NCBI GenBank assembly: GCA_958296175.1
Contig: OY282448.1
Location: 2,230,127 to 2,294,126, forward strand
From: an uncultured Chloroflexota bacterium
Lineage (GTDB): Bacteria > Chloroflexota > UBA11872
Direction of reading: 5' to 3'
Length of the DNA stretch: 64,000 nt
This document shows positions 31,502 to 42,500 of this stretch, piece after piece (the first letter of the stretch is position 1; every line of letters begins with the position of its first letter). The translations under genes were made by a program, and so were the position numbers. The notes below the pieces were generated by a model, which did not search any database, was not told where the DNA came from, and worked only from the letters and a program-made list of their open reading frames with translations.

Positions 31502-31578
31502 CGGGGAGTGGCGCAGCCTGGCAGCGCGCGGCGTTTGGGACGCCGAGGCCGCGAGTTCGAATCTCGCCTCCCCGACCA
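31502..31578 (+). tRNA. tRNA-Pro (anticodon TGG)
   Basis: Manual cloverleaf. Acceptor CGGGGAG/CTCCCCG, D-stem GCGC/GCGC, anticodon stem CGGCG/CGCCG with loop TTTGGGA, T-loop TTCGAAT. Encoded CCA. Confidence 0.85.
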
Positions 31579-31634
31579 GCCCGCGGCCGCCGATCTGGCG
31601 AGCGTGACGGTGACGCGCGCGCCGCGGCGGTTCG

Positions 31635-32252
31635 TCAGCTGCCGGCGAGCGGTTTTTCCATCTGCCGAACTTCGGCCGATCCGGTGGCCAGCCGCAGCAG
31701 GAACCCCCGCTGCGTGCGCGTGGTTCGGTATCCCAGCCGTTCGTACAGCCGGATAGCGCCGTGGTTTTCGGCGATGACGCCCAGCAGCATGCGGCGCACG
31801 CCCATCGCGCGGGCCGCCGCCTCGGCCTGCCGCAGCAGCGCCGTCCCGACGCCCATGCCCCGGGCGGAACGGTCGACGGCCAGCGTCTCCACGATGAACG
31901 CGTCGGCCGGGCCGTCTTCGTCCAGCAGCAGCAGGTTGACCAGCACGAGGACGGCGCGGAGCGGCGAGAACCTGGTGACCAGCGCGGCGGCGCGCAGGTG
32001 AAAAAACTCGCGTCCCCCGGCCTGGAAGGTCAAGAGTCCCACGCAGCGCCCGTCGGCGATGGCCGAGAAGCAGCTGGTGCGGTCGACCGAGTCGTGGAAC
32101 AGCCGCACCAGGTCGTTGGCGTCCCGAAAGCCAATGCGTAACTTTGCGGCAAACGCCGCATAGAACATGCGCAGAGCGCCGCTCACGCAGCGCTCGTCGA
32201 TGCCCTCGACGATGTCGAAGTCCCGGGGCGTCACGGCCATGTTTCTGCTCAT
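31635..32252 (-). CDS. GNAT family N-acetyltransferase
   Basis: 205 aa. Acetyl-CoA binding motif RSARGMGVGTALL. It is the true gene in the over-extended ORF 31635..33476. Confidence 0.65.
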   Translation of the reverse strand: MSRNMAVTPRDFDIVEGIDERCVSGALRMFYAAFAAKLRIGFRDANDLVRLFHDSVDRTSCFSAIADGRCVGLLTFQAGGREFFHLRAAALVTRFSPLRAVLVLVNLLLLDEDGPADAFIVETLAVDRSARGMGVGTALLRQAEAAARAMGVRRMLLGVIAENHGAIRLYERLGYRTTRTQRGFLLRLATGSAEVRQMEKPLAGS

Positions 32253-32284
32253 CGCATCGTGCAGCGCAGGTGGACGGCCCGGGT

Positions 32285-33145
32285 TCAGCCGATTAGACCG
32301 CGCAGATAGGCGAGGTCGTCGACTTCGCCGCGGGCGCGCAGCGCGATGGCTTCGGGGGTGTATTCGCCCGCGCCGACCTCGGCGATCACATCCTGGTCGG
32401 TGGTGTATTCGGTGTGGACGGTGATGGGGCCGTCGAACTGCCAGGCGCGCAGCAGCGCGATGGCTTCCGGCCACTCGGCGGCGCCCTGACCCAGCATGAC
32501 GAACCCGTCGGCGTAGGCGGCGCGGCGGGTGGGGCGCTGGTCGCGGACGTGGCGCGCGTCCTTGCCGCCCACCGCAGCCAGGCGCTCGCGCAGCATGGGC
32601 AGTCCCAGCTGCACGTCTTCGCCGTTGATCGCCAGGTGGCCCAGGTCGACGTACGCGCCGACCTCGCGCGGGTCGAGGTCCTGCAACAGGTGCCGCATCC
32701 CGGCGCAGTTGGAGCCCAGGCAACTGCCGCTGTGGGTGTGGTACATGGCCTGCACGCCAGTCCGGCGGCTCAGGCGCGCGAACCCCGCCAGACGGCGTTG
32801 GGCGTCCGACCAGACGGCCTCGAAGTCCTGGCCCGGCTCGTATTTGAAGTAACCGATCTTGATGCGCGGGACGCCTGCCGCGGCCGCGGCCTCGAAGAGC
32901 TCGACGGCCTGCGCGGCCGTGGGGTCCGTCAGGCTGGTGGCCGAGGAGATCATGGGGCAGTCGACGCCCAGGCCCCGCCAGGCGCGCACCGCCGCCGGCA
33001 GCTCGCGGGCCGCGTTGCCAGGGTCGATCGCGTGGCCCTCCCGAACGGCCAGGTCCAGGCCGTCGTAGCCCAGGCTGCGCGCCCGTTCGCCCAGCTCGCG
33101 GGCACTGAGGCCGTCCCAAAACTTCGTGAACCGCACGAGCTGCAT
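32285..33145 (-). CDS. Sugar phosphate isomerase/epimerase (xylose-isomerase-like TIM barrel)
   Basis: 286 aa. AP-endonuclease-2/xylose-isomerase-like TIM barrel signature, with conserved His/Asp/Glu metal ligands in MYHTHSG...DLGH. Confidence 0.65.
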   Translation of the reverse strand: MQLVRFTKFWDGLSARELGERARSLGYDGLDLAVREGHAIDPGNAARELPAAVRAWRGLGVDCPMISSATSLTDPTAAQAVELFEAAAAAGVPRIKIGYFKYEPGQDFEAVWSDAQRRLAGFARLSRRTGVQAMYHTHSGSCLGSNCAGMRHLLQDLDPREVGAYVDLGHLAINGEDVQLGLPMLRERLAAVGGKDARHVRDQRPTRRAAYADGFVMLGQGAAEWPEAIALLRAWQFDGPITVHTEYTTDQDVIAEVGAGEYTPEAIALRARGEVDDLAYLRGLIG

Positions 33146-33267
33146 GTCGGGTCCAATCGCCGAGGCGGATGCGCGCCGCCAAGCATCCCACGGCGCGGCG
33201 CGGCGCGTTTAGTATGGGGCCGCCCGGTCCGAACTGCGCAGCGCCCGCGAACGGGCGGCGGTCTTCG

Positions 33268-33570
33268 ATGGCAAACACCCGACAACAGATTCTGATCCTG
33301 CATCTGGCCGAACCCGACCTCGGCGCCGCCACTGTGGCGTGGGCGCTGTTCGACGGAACCCGGCCCGCCGGTGACCAGCAGATGCAGGCGGGCGACCAGG
33401 CGCAGCCGCCGTATGCCTCGGTGGTGGACGCCATGTACCACGGCTGGCGCGTGCTGCAAACGCCGCGGCTGCCCACCTATCCGCGCGGCGCCGAATACGA
33501 GACCGGGCCGCTGCCGTGGGAATATGTGCTGGAACGTTTCGCGGCGGCGGACAATGCCAATGACGACTGA
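33268..33570 (+). CDS. Hypothetical protein (100 aa)
   Basis: ATG-initiated ORF whose stop overlaps the downstream start (ATGACGACTGA). No motifs recognised. Confidence 0.3.
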   Translation: MANTRQQILILHLAEPDLGAATVAWALFDGTRPAGDQQMQAGDQAQPPYASVVDAMYHGWRVLQTPRLPTYPRGAEYETGPLPWEYVLERFAAADNANDD

Positions 33571-34339
33571 CACTCTGGCCGCGCCGCGTCTGTCGGCGGG
33601 CGACATGGCGCGGTTCGTCGTGGATGGATTCCTGGAGTTCGGGGACCTGGTCCCCGCCGACCTGAACGCGCAGGTCCACGCTGACGCGCTGGCCTATCCC
33701 ACCGACAGGCCCTACGACCCCAACAAGCCCCGGGAGTTCTGGGACGCCTCGCCCGCGGTGCGCGAGGTGTTCGACCTGCCGGCCGTGCGGGGCGTGGTGG
33801 AGAGCCTGGTCGGCCCGGAGGCCGTGCACGACCATTCCTATCTGCACACGGTGCCGCCCGGCAAGCGCGAGGCGCAGCGCTGGCACGTGGACTCGAGCCT
33901 GGCGGCCGACCATCCCCGCCAGTTCGACGTGCTGGTCTGCTATTTCCCGCACGACGCGCCGCCGGCCATGGGCCCGACGATGGTGCTGCCGGGGTCGCAC
34001 CTGCGCCGCGTGAGCTATCACGACGTGACGCGCTACAAGAACTTCGTGGGGCAGCGGCAGCTGCACGGCCCGGGCGGCCGCATCGCGTTCTTGCACGAGT
34101 CGCTCTGGCACTGCGCGCAGCCCAACCGCACCGACCGGTGGCGGTTCATGTTCAAGATTCGCTATCTGCCGCGCGTGCCGCAGCAGGGGCTGTTCGACAC
34201 CGACGGCTGGGACGCCGCCGGCATCGACGCGTTCTACAACGACGCGCGGCGGCGGCACCCCTGGGTTGGCGACGGCTTCGCCGCCATGGGGCCGGAACGG
34301 CGGAAGTGGTGGCGCTACCTGGCGGGCGCGCCGGCCTGA
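33560..34339 (+). CDS. Phytanoyl-CoA dioxygenase (PhyH) family Fe(II)/2-oxoglutarate oxygenase
   Basis: 259 aa with the H-x-D ... H facial triad context (RWHVDSS ... LWHCAQPN). Confidence 0.65.
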   Translation: MTTDTLAAPRLSAGDMARFVVDGFLEFGDLVPADLNAQVHADALAYPTDRPYDPNKPREFWDASPAVREVFDLPAVRGVVESLVGPEAVHDHSYLHTVPPGKREAQRWHVDSSLAADHPRQFDVLVCYFPHDAPPAMGPTMVLPGSHLRRVSYHDVTRYKNFVGQRQLHGPGGRIAFLHESLWHCAQPNRTDRWRFMFKIRYLPRVPQQGLFDTDGWDAAGIDAFYNDARRRHPWVGDGFAAMGPERRKWWRYLAGAPA

Positions 34340-34352
34340 GGCGCGCGCCGGC

Positions 34353-35297
34353 TCAGACGGGTTCCGACGCGACTTTCTGGGCGATGACCCCGTACCAGAG
34401 CCGCGGCACCACGTCGAACCGAATCCGATCCACCGCGGCGCAGAGCGCGTCGCTCAGTTCGGCCATGCTGAAGTCGTTGGCGAACGTCAGGTCCCTGGCC
34501 ATGCCGCGCACGAACTCGGGGTAGCGCGATATCGCCTTGAGCGCGGCTTTGGTCAGCTGCACTTCGCTGTCTTCTTCGTGCACGACCTGGAATCCGGCGT
34601 CGGCGATCATCTGCTTGTAGTCCGCGGGCGTGCGGTAGGCCAGCGTCTCGATATGGCGGTTGCGCTTGGCGCCGGTCAGGCGCACGAAGTGCAGCTTCCA
34701 CTCGCCGTGCCCGCGCATCGAATTGCCCACGGCCATCGAGGTGGAGGTGAAGGAGCTGTTGATGGACAGGAACGCGCCGCTGCGCGCCACGTCGGCCAGC
34801 GCGGCGAACACACGGCGCTGGCCTTCTTCGCCTTCGATTTCGTGAATGGCGTCGTGGATACTCACGGAGTCCACGCCCTCCGGCGGCAGGTATTCCTGCA
34901 CCGCCGCCCGCACGTCGCGCGCGTCGCCCTGCACGAAGGTCACGCTGACGTCCTCCGTCGACGGCGTGGCCTTCCGCGCCAGTTCCAGCGCCTGTTCGTC
35001 GTAGTCGAGCGCGATGACGCGGCCGCGGTAGCCGCGCGCCTTGGCTTCTTCGATGATGAGCTGCGGAACTAGACCGGCGCCGGTTGCCACGTCCAGGTGC
35101 ACGAACGGGTTCGGGATGCGTTCCAGCAGCCGCGCCACCAGGTCACGGTTGACCGCGCGGTATTCCGGGATGGCGGAAAAATGGCCGAAGTTCAGATTGA
35201 TCACGAGCGCGGCGTCAGCATGGTCGCGGGCATTGAATGGCACGTCCCTCCATCGAGCGCGGCGAACGGCGTTGGCGTCAGGCCGCGGCGCGCTCAC
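34353..35297 (-). CDS. Class I SAM-dependent methyltransferase
   Basis: SAM-binding motif I LDVATGAGLV. 314 aa. Confidence 0.65.
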   Translation of the reverse strand: MSAPRPDANAVRRARWRDVPFNARDHADAALVINLNFGHFSAIPEYRAVNRDLVARLLERIPNPFVHLDVATGAGLVPQLIIEEAKARGYRGRVIALDYDEQALELARKATPSTEDVSVTFVQGDARDVRAAVQEYLPPEGVDSVSIHDAIHEIEGEEGQRRVFAALADVARSGAFLSINSSFTSTSMAVGNSMRGHGEWKLHFVRLTGAKRNRHIETLAYRTPADYKQMIADAGFQVVHEEDSEVQLTKAALKAISRYPEFVRGMARDLTFANDFSMAELSDALCAAVDRIRFDVVPRLWYGVIAQKVASEPV

Positions 35298-35517
35298 GTC
35301 TCCCCGTATGGTAACGGATGCAAGGTTCGCGGCAGGAGCACTCGGGGCAATTTCTGCACCTCCGCGCGCGGCGCGCCGGCGGGGGCGCGGCGTCCAGGCC
35401 GCCGCTGCCGCGGGCAGCCGCGCCCGCGGCGTTTCGGTACGATCGGCGCGGCGCGGTCGACGGACGTGCGCGGCGCGCGGTTCCCGCCAGAACCGCAGGC
35501 GCCGGGTCGACCGGTTG

Positions 35518-35593
35518 GCGGGGGTAGCTCAGTTGGTAGAGCGCTAGCCTTCCAAGCTGGATGCCGCGGGTTCGAGTCCCGTCCCCCGCTCCC
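35518..35593 (+). tRNA. tRNA-Gly (anticodon TCC)
   Basis: Manual cloverleaf. Acceptor GCGGGGG/CCCCCGC, D-arm GCTCAGTTGGTAGAGC, anticodon loop CTTCCAA, T-arm GCGGGTTCGAGTCCCGT. Encoded CCA. Confidence 0.85.
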
Positions 35594-35726
35594 ATGGCTC
35601 GGCGGCCGCGAGGCGCCGCCGCACGTCCGGCCGGCGGCGCTCGGTATCATGCCCGCGCCAGCGGTGCCGGCCGCACGAGCGCGGCCGGCGCCGCGAACCG
35701 CTCGTCACAAACAGAAGGCGCCGGCC

Positions 35727-36731
35727 ATGCGCACCGTTCCCCGCGTCGTGTTCACGCCCGACGGCGCCGCCGCGCTGGATTCGGTCCAGGTCGGCGGCCC
35801 GGCGTCAGGCCAGGTGCTGGTCGACATCCGTACGACCCAAGTCAGCGCCGGGTCCGAGCGCAATGCATTCGAGTCGCCGAGGGACGCGCCCGCCTCGACG
35901 GGTTACACCGCCGTCGGCGTGGTCGCAGAGGTTGGCGCCGGCGTCAGCAGCTACGCGCCAGGCGAGCGGGTGTTGGTCATTGCACCGCACCAGGGCGCCG
36001 TCGCGGTCGACGTGGGCGATCCCGACGACTGGCATGCCTACGTCGGCCGCATTCCCAACGGCGTCACCGACGCGCAGGCGACGTTTGCCGTGCTGGGCGA
36101 CGTGGCCTTGCACGGCGTGCGGCGCGCCCGGCCCTCGTTGGGCGAGTCCGTCGCCGTCTTTGGCCAGGGTCTGGTTGGCCAGCTGACGACCTATTTCGCC
36201 GCCAAGGCCGGCGCGTATCCGGTGATTGCGGTCGACCTGTTGGACGAACGCCTGCAGCACAGCGTGCGCAGCGGCGCGACCCACACGGTCAACGCCGGCC
36301 GCGGCGATCCCGTCCAAGCCGTGCGCGACCTCACCGGCGGCGGTGCGCGGGTGGTCGTCATGGCGGCGCGCGCGGCGGCAGTGTTTGCCGACTGTCTCAA
36401 GGCGGCGGCGCGCGGCGGCACGGTGTGCCTGTCCGGCAGTCCGCCGGGGACGGTGGAAGTCGCGCTGCAGCCCGAACTCCTGCGCCATGAGCTGGACGTC
36501 GTCGGCAACTACCAGCTCGACTATCCGGCGCACCCCTACCATCGATTCCAGTGGACGCGCGCCGCCAACCGCGCCTACGTGTTCGATCTCATTGCCCGGG
36601 GCGAACTGGACGTGGACCACCTGGTTACTCATAACGTGAGCTACCGGGACGCGCCGCGCGTGTACGACATGATCGCGCGCGGCCCCGAAGGCTGGCTCGG
36701 CGTGCTCTTCGACTGGACCGGGCAGGCCTAG
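35727..36731 (+). CDS. Zinc-binding alcohol dehydrogenase family (MDR) oxidoreductase
   Basis: 334 aa. Rossmann motif VAVFGQGLVGQL. GroES-like N-terminal domain. It is the true gene in ORF 35097..36731. Confidence 0.7.
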   Translation: MRTVPRVVFTPDGAAALDSVQVGGPASGQVLVDIRTTQVSAGSERNAFESPRDAPASTGYTAVGVVAEVGAGVSSYAPGERVLVIAPHQGAVAVDVGDPDDWHAYVGRIPNGVTDAQATFAVLGDVALHGVRRARPSLGESVAVFGQGLVGQLTTYFAAKAGAYPVIAVDLLDERLQHSVRSGATHTVNAGRGDPVQAVRDLTGGGARVVVMAARAAAVFADCLKAAARGGTVCLSGSPPGTVEVALQPELLRHELDVVGNYQLDYPAHPYHRFQWTRAANRAYVFDLIARGELDVDHLVTHNVSYRDAPRVYDMIARGPEGWLGVLFDWTGQA

Positions 36732-37066
36732 CGGCGGGCCGCCGGGCGGCAACGCGAACGCGCAGCGCCTCGACGAACGGCTCGTCCGTGCGCGTGCTCG
36801 CGTTCGACGGTCCGGGAACTCGGCCGCAGCTGCGCGCCGTGCCGCGGCCAGACGTTCCCTCCCGCGGCGCGCTCGTACGCGCCTCGGCCTGCGGGGTGTG
36901 TGGAACCGATCTGCACGTCCTGCGCGGCCGCGTTGGGGTCGGACGGGTTCGCGGCAGGCTGCTCGGTCGTCACCAAGGGTCAGGCAAGGGTCAGGGCCGA
37001 TCGGCGTGCTGGCGCTGACGACGGCCAGGCAACGCAAGGCATACACTGAAACCTCGACGGGCGCGC

Positions 37067-37142
37067 GCCCGGGTAGCTCAACCGGCAGAGCGGCGGTTTT
37101 GTAAACCGCAGGTTGTGGGTTCGAGTCCCACCCTGGGCTCCA
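37067..37142 (+). tRNA. tRNA-Thr (anticodon TGT)
   Basis: Manual cloverleaf. Acceptor GCCCGGG/CCTGGGC (one G-T pair), anticodon stem GCGGT/ACCGC with loop TTTGTAA, T-loop TTCGAGT. Encoded CCA. Confidence 0.8.
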
Positions 37143-37270
37143 GGCCCCGCCGCGGCCCGACGGGTCGTCCGCCGACGCACCAGCTGCCCAAGCGGCTGCG
37201 GCATACTCGGGGAATGTCCGGCGTCCGCGGGCGTCTGGCGGCAGTGTGAACCGCGTCGAAGGGAAGGCAG

Positions 37271-37457
37271 AATGCACGAACAGACCCAGCGCACGCTCAC
37301 CCGCCGTCGGTTCGGGCGAGCCCTTGCCGTCGGGGTCATGGTCCTTGCGCTCACCAGCGGCGCGTGCGGCGGCGGTTCCGATGGGAGCGCGGGCAGCCGC
37401 GACGACCCGTTCCCCTACAAAGACCCGAACAGCCGCTGCGGCAACGTGAGCTGCTGA
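37271..37457 (+). CDS. Small putative secreted/lipoprotein-like protein (62 aa)
   Basis: Hydrophobic N-terminus with a possible lipobox LTSGAC and a Cys-containing C-terminus. Weak support. Confidence 0.2.
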
Positions 37458-37466
37458 CCCGGCGAA

Positions 37467-38018
37467 TCAAACCGCCGCGTCGTCCAACGTCTGCCAGCCC
37501 AGCCCGCGGCGGTGGTCGAAGAACGCGAGCTGCACGGGCGCGCGCGGCGCGGCGCCCCGCACCAGCGCCGGCGCCAACGCGGGCAGCTCGGGCGGCGAGA
37601 ATTCATCCGTCGACCGCCGCAAGGCCTCCATCGACCACCAGCGATGCCCGTCCACGATGTCCTGCTCCAGGCCGCCCATCCCAGAGCAATCGATGCTCGG
37701 CACGCCTGGCGCGCGCGCCAGGAAGTAGCGCTCCCGGCTGAAGATGTCGCGTCCGTGGAGCGACCACAAGCTCTCGCCCGTCCAGACGCACGGCCCGACC
37801 AGGTCGCCGGAGACGCCCGTTTCTTCGACGAGCTCGCGCCGCGCGGCGTCCTCGAAGCTCTCGCCTGGTTCCAGCGCGCCGCCAGGCAACAGCCAAAAGG
37901 CCGGGGGAGTCTCGATGCGAAACAGCAGCACCTCGCCGCGGCCGTTCAGCAGCACCACCCGAGCGCCGGGCCGGTCCACAGGCTCGGGCTGCGGCATGGG
38001 GTCGGGTCTCGTCCGCAT
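37467..38018 (-). CDS. NUDIX hydrolase
   Basis: Nudix box GGALEPGESFEDAARRELVEETG. 183 aa. Confidence 0.8.
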   Translation of the reverse strand: MRTRPDPMPQPEPVDRPGARVVLLNGRGEVLLFRIETPPAFWLLPGGALEPGESFEDAARRELVEETGVSGDLVGPCVWTGESLWSLHGRDIFSRERYFLARAPGVPSIDCSGMGGLEQDIVDGHRWWSMEALRRSTDEFSPPELPALAPALVRGAAPRAPVQLAFFDHRRGLGWQTLDDAAV

Positions 38019-38170
38019 GGCGAACCCAGGCTACAGCGCGCCGCCGCCGGGCGCGGGAAGCTGCGGTCGAACGGAACCATGCGTCCTGCGGGTAGAATCC
38101 CGCGAGTATGCTGGCGCGGGCCTGGCGTGCGGCGGCGCGCGTGCCATCGATGGAGTGCACTGAGCAGCCC

Positions 38171-39196
38171 ATGCGTGTATTGGTGACAGGCGGGGCCGGG
38201 TTCATGGGCAGCCATGCCGTGGACCGCCTGCTGGCCGCCGGCCATCAGGTTACCGCCGCCGACAGTCTGGTCGGCGGCTACCGCGAGAACGTCGACCCTG
38301 CGGCCGCGTTCGTCGTCTGTGACCTGGCCGACCGCCAGGCCGCCGCCGACCTGATCGAAGCGTCGGCGCCAGAGGTCGTCTTTCACTACGCGGCCGACGC
38401 CACGGAAGGCCGCAGCCAGTTCACGCCGCTGAGTTCCACGGACAACAACATCGTGGCCTACATGAACACGCTGGTGCCCGCCATCGACCAGGGCCTGAAG
38501 AAAGTCGTGCTCGTCAGCTCCATGAGCGTGTACGGCGCGCAAGAGCCGCCGTTCGTCGAGACCATGCGGCGCATGCCCGAGGACGTGTACGCCGCCATGA
38601 AATCCGCCATGGAAGCGTCCACCGAGCACCTGTCGGCCGTCCACGGATTCGACTACGCCATCTTCCGCCCCCACAACGTCTACGGCGAGCGGCAAAACCT
38701 GGCCGACCCCTACCGCAACGTGGTGGCGATCTTCATCAACGCGCTGCTGCGCGGGCGCGCCATTCACATCTACGGCGACGGCGAGCAGCGCCGTGCGTAC
38801 TCCTACATCGGCGACGTCACCCCCGCCATCGTCGACGGCGGGTTGAGCGACCGCTCCAACGGCCAGATCTTCAACGTCGGCTCCTCGGAAGACGTCTCGA
38901 TCAATCAACTGGCCGACGTGGTGCGCGACGTGTTCTTCGACGGCGGCCCTTGGCCCGCAGGTCAGGAGCCGCAATCGCTCCCGCCCCGCCCGCTCGAAGT
39001 CAAGAACGCCTACTGCTCTCACGCAGCGGCGGAGCGCCGCCTCGGCTTCGTCAACGCCACCACGCTGCGCGCAGGCGTCCAGGCCATGGTCCACTGGGCC
39101 CGCACCACCGGCCCTCGCGAACCCGCCTACCTCCCCAACAACCTGGAAATCGGCGCCGACCGCGCCCCGGCCACCTGGGTCGAGAAGCTGATCTAG
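38171..39196 (+). CDS. NAD-dependent epimerase/dehydratase (UDP-glucose-4-epimerase-like SDR)
   Basis: N-terminal VLVTGGAGFMGSH. Catalytic YxxxK (YAAMK). 341 aa. Confidence 0.8.
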   Translation: MRVLVTGGAGFMGSHAVDRLLAAGHQVTAADSLVGGYRENVDPAAAFVVCDLADRQAAADLIEASAPEVVFHYAADATEGRSQFTPLSSTDNNIVAYMNTLVPAIDQGLKKVVLVSSMSVYGAQEPPFVETMRRMPEDVYAAMKSAMEASTEHLSAVHGFDYAIFRPHNVYGERQNLADPYRNVVAIFINALLRGRAIHIYGDGEQRRAYSYIGDVTPAIVDGGLSDRSNGQIFNVGSSEDVSINQLADVVRDVFFDGGPWPAGQEPQSLPPRPLEVKNAYCSHAAAERRLGFVNATTLRAGVQAMVHWARTTGPREPAYLPNNLEIGADRAPATWVEKLI

Positions 39197-39507
39197 GGCC
39201 TGTTCACACCATCGCAGCACATCGACGATCAGGACGAAGACCAGGAAGCCTCGTATAGCACGTCCAGCTTGTCGAAGCGGACGAAGAGCCGCCGATACCC
39301 CTTCCGACCGACGAATCAGGCGCTCGGTCTCATTCCGGCGTTTGTACACGCCGCGGTTGTAGGTCCATGGGGGGCACCCGATGCCGCAGGGGCGGCACGA
39401 CGGGCCGTGTCCCCCAAGGCGAGCGCCGCTGTGCGCCTCGCGGGTCGAGGCGGCGTCTAGGGGCGGTTGGTCTGGCTGCCCAACCGACTCGGCCATCAGG
39501 CCGCATG

Positions 39508-42500
39508 TCAGGGCCGCGGCAGCGACAGGTGGTAGGTCTGGCCGGGGGCTAGGGGTGCGGCGGGCGCGAAGGGGGGCAGTGTGCGCCAGGTCTCGTCTGG
39601 GTAGCGGCGGTCGCGCACCGCGTCGCCCAGCAGCGCTAGTTTCACCGGCTGCCCGCGGTCGCCCGGGTGGTACTCCAGCACTCCCGCCTGGAAGTATTGC
39701 CGCACGAACCCCGCCGCCGCCCCAGGCAGCCGCAGCTCCGCCTGCGGGTGCGCGTCGGTGCGCGCCTCGGTCTTCGGATAGCCGAAGAACTCCACCCCGC
39801 CCGCCATGTCGAAGAAGTCCCGGAAGCCCGTCCAGGTCCCGTCCACGGCGTAGTTCGACACGCGGTTCCCCCAGGGGCCGAGCAGCGCGCCGGGCTGCTC
39901 GGACACCAGACCGGGTTCGACGCCCAGGTCGGGCGCGCCGGCCAGGCCGCCGCCGAGCTCGTCCCACACCAGACGGCGTTCGATCACCCAGCCGTCCCCC
40001 TGCGGGCGGCAGTCGATCACGCCCCGCTGAAAGTACTGGCTCAGCACGCCGGGCCGTTCCACGAAGACTTCCGAGATGGCGTGCCCCCAGCAGGGCAGCC
40101 CGCCGGTGGCGTCGTAGTGCGCCAGAAACCCGCAGAGCGACGCGCGGCCGTCGGGGGTATCCACGCGCAGGTCGGGGATGTTGTGCGCCAGATGTGCGTC
40201 GGGAACGCTGTGGCGGACGCGCTCGACGACCGGCGTCCAGGCAGGCAGCAGCGCAGGCGTCGGAGCAGGCGTGGGCGTCGGGCTTGGCGTCGGGGTCGGG
40301 GTCGGTTCGACCGCCACGGCCGCGGCCGCGGCCGCGGCCAGCGTGGTCAGGTGCACGGCGGAGGGGTCGTCCGTCTGGTCGCTGTCGCCGTAGAACGTGA
40401 CCTGCAGCGGGCCGGGCAGATGCTCCGCCGTAACCGTCAGGCCGGTCGTGACGATGGCTTCCGCGCCCGGCGCCAGCGCGCCGCTGCCGACGTCCCGGCG
40501 GGCTACCCCCAACTCCGGCGAGCGCCAGAACACCCCCGTCAGCGGCACGTTGCCGCTGTTCCGCAGGGTGAACGTGTAGCCAATCCGCCCGCCCACCGCC
40601 ACCGGCCCGGCGTCGCCGCTCAGCGCCACCGCCAGGCGGGGATGTTTGGCCGACGTCGCCGTCGCTCGCGGCGACGCGGCGCCCTGCACGACTAGCACGG
40701 TCACCTCGATGCTGGCCTCGCCGCCGTTGTTGGCCGGCGTCACGCCGTCGGAGGCGCTGACCGTGACCTGGTAGCGGTTGTCTCCGTCGGCGTCGGCCGG
40801 CGCGCCGACGGACAGCACGGTCACGGGTTGCAGGTAGCCCGTGGCCGTGTCGCGGGTGAAGGCGGCGGCGTCGGGACCGCTCAAGGCGTAGGCGATCGTC
40901 TGCGTGCCGGCCAGCGGCTGGTTGTCCGGGTCGGTCGCGACGAAGGGGTCGCCCAGGTCTTCTCCGGCCGCGGCCGTGCCCATGACCGTGATCTCCGCCG
41001 CGGCGGGGGCGAACGCCGGCGGGCCGCACCAGGAAGCGGCGGGGAGGTGGCCGCTGCGCGCCGCGCCGGTCAGCCGCACGCGGCTGGTCAGGCTGGCGTC
41101 GAGCGGCGTGGTGACGGGGTTGCCCTGCAGCCAGACCTGCACGTCGACCGGCGTGTTGGGCAGGTTGTCCAGTTGCGTCGGCACGACACCGCTCAGGCGG
41201 TTGCACTGCAGGCTGAGTGGGTATGACGGGTGCAGCCTCGACAGATTGCCGAGCTCGGCGGGGATGCTGCCGCTCAATTGGTTGTGGTTGAGAAAAAGGG
41301 CGTAGAGCCTCGTCAGATTGCCGAGTTGTGACGGGATCGGTCCGCTCAACTGGTTGTGATGGAGATAGAGCCACTGGAGATTCGAAAGGTTGCCAAGTTG
41401 TGATGGGATCGATCCGCTCAAGTCATTGTCATAGAGATAGAGCCGCTGGAGATTCGAGAGATTGCCAAGTCGAGACGGGATCGGCCCACTCAAATTATTG
41501 TCGTAGAGATAGAGCCGCAGGAGATTCGAGAGATTGCCAAGTTGAGACGGGATCTGTCCGCTCAAATTATTGTTGTAGAGAAAGAGGATCTGGAGGCTCG
41601 ATAGGCTGCCCAGTTCGGCGGGGATGCTCCCGGTCAGTTGATTGTTATGGAGCTGTAAGTTCGTGAGACTCGACAGACTGTCCAGCTGCTTGGGAATAGA
41701 TCCGCTCAATGCATTGTCCTGCACAGCGATAGCTCTGAGGCTCGACAAGTTGCCCAACTCGGCGGGAATCGCCCCGCTCAGCTGGTTGCCCGAGAGCCCG
41801 AGCGACGTGAGGTTCGCCAGGCTGCCCAACTCTTTGGGGATGCCGCCGCTCAATTGGTTGCTGAAGAGCTGGAGGTTTCCGAGGTTCGACAGATCGCCCA
41901 GCTCTTTGGGGATCGTGCCGGTCAACTGGTTGCGCGCGAGGTGGAGGTGCCTGAGATTCGACAGGTTGCCCAACTCTTTGGGGATTGTGCCGTCGAACTG
42001 GTTGCGGTCGAGGTGGAGGTTCGTGAGCTTCGACAGATTGGCCAGCGCGACGGGAATCGTCCCGCTCAACTGGTTGTTGTCGAGCCAGAGCTGTGTGAGT
42101 TCGGACAGACCGCTCAGCGCGGGCGGCGCCGCGCCGGTCAGCGACTTGTTCCGGAGGAAGAGTCTCGTGACGCCTTTGGTGGAATCGACGGTGACGCCGG
42201 TCCAGCCGGTCATGGCCGTCCCCACCGCCCAGTTCAGCGTGGTGGCCGTGCCGCGCAGCGCGTCCTTGCTGTCCAGCAGCGTTTCGCAGTCACGGGCGAC
42301 GTTGGCGTGCGCGCCGCTGGCCGAGGCGGTGGGGTTCGAGGCCGCGCAGCCGTGCGTCACCGTCACCGCCATCGCCTGATCCACGCTGTCGCTGGCGTCG
42401 CTGGCGGTGACGGTGACCGTGGCGCTGCCCGTGCCCGCGGGCGTGAGCGTGACGGTCGAACCGCTGACGCCGATGGTGACTACGTCGGTGTCGCCGGAAG

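Noticed and set aside
31635-33476. 613-aa minus ORF
   Set aside because: Over-extended ORF with no internal stops. Only the C-terminal 205 aa (GNAT) is coding in this frame; upstream it runs antisense over the isomerase gene.
35278-35650. Small minus-strand ORFs over the tRNA-Gly region
   Set aside because: They overlap a clear tRNA gene; spurious.
37946-41374. 1142-aa minus ORF
   Set aside because: Alternate frame overlapping the epimerase and LRR genes. The LRR frame shows a clean 24-aa periodic repeat, which this one does not.
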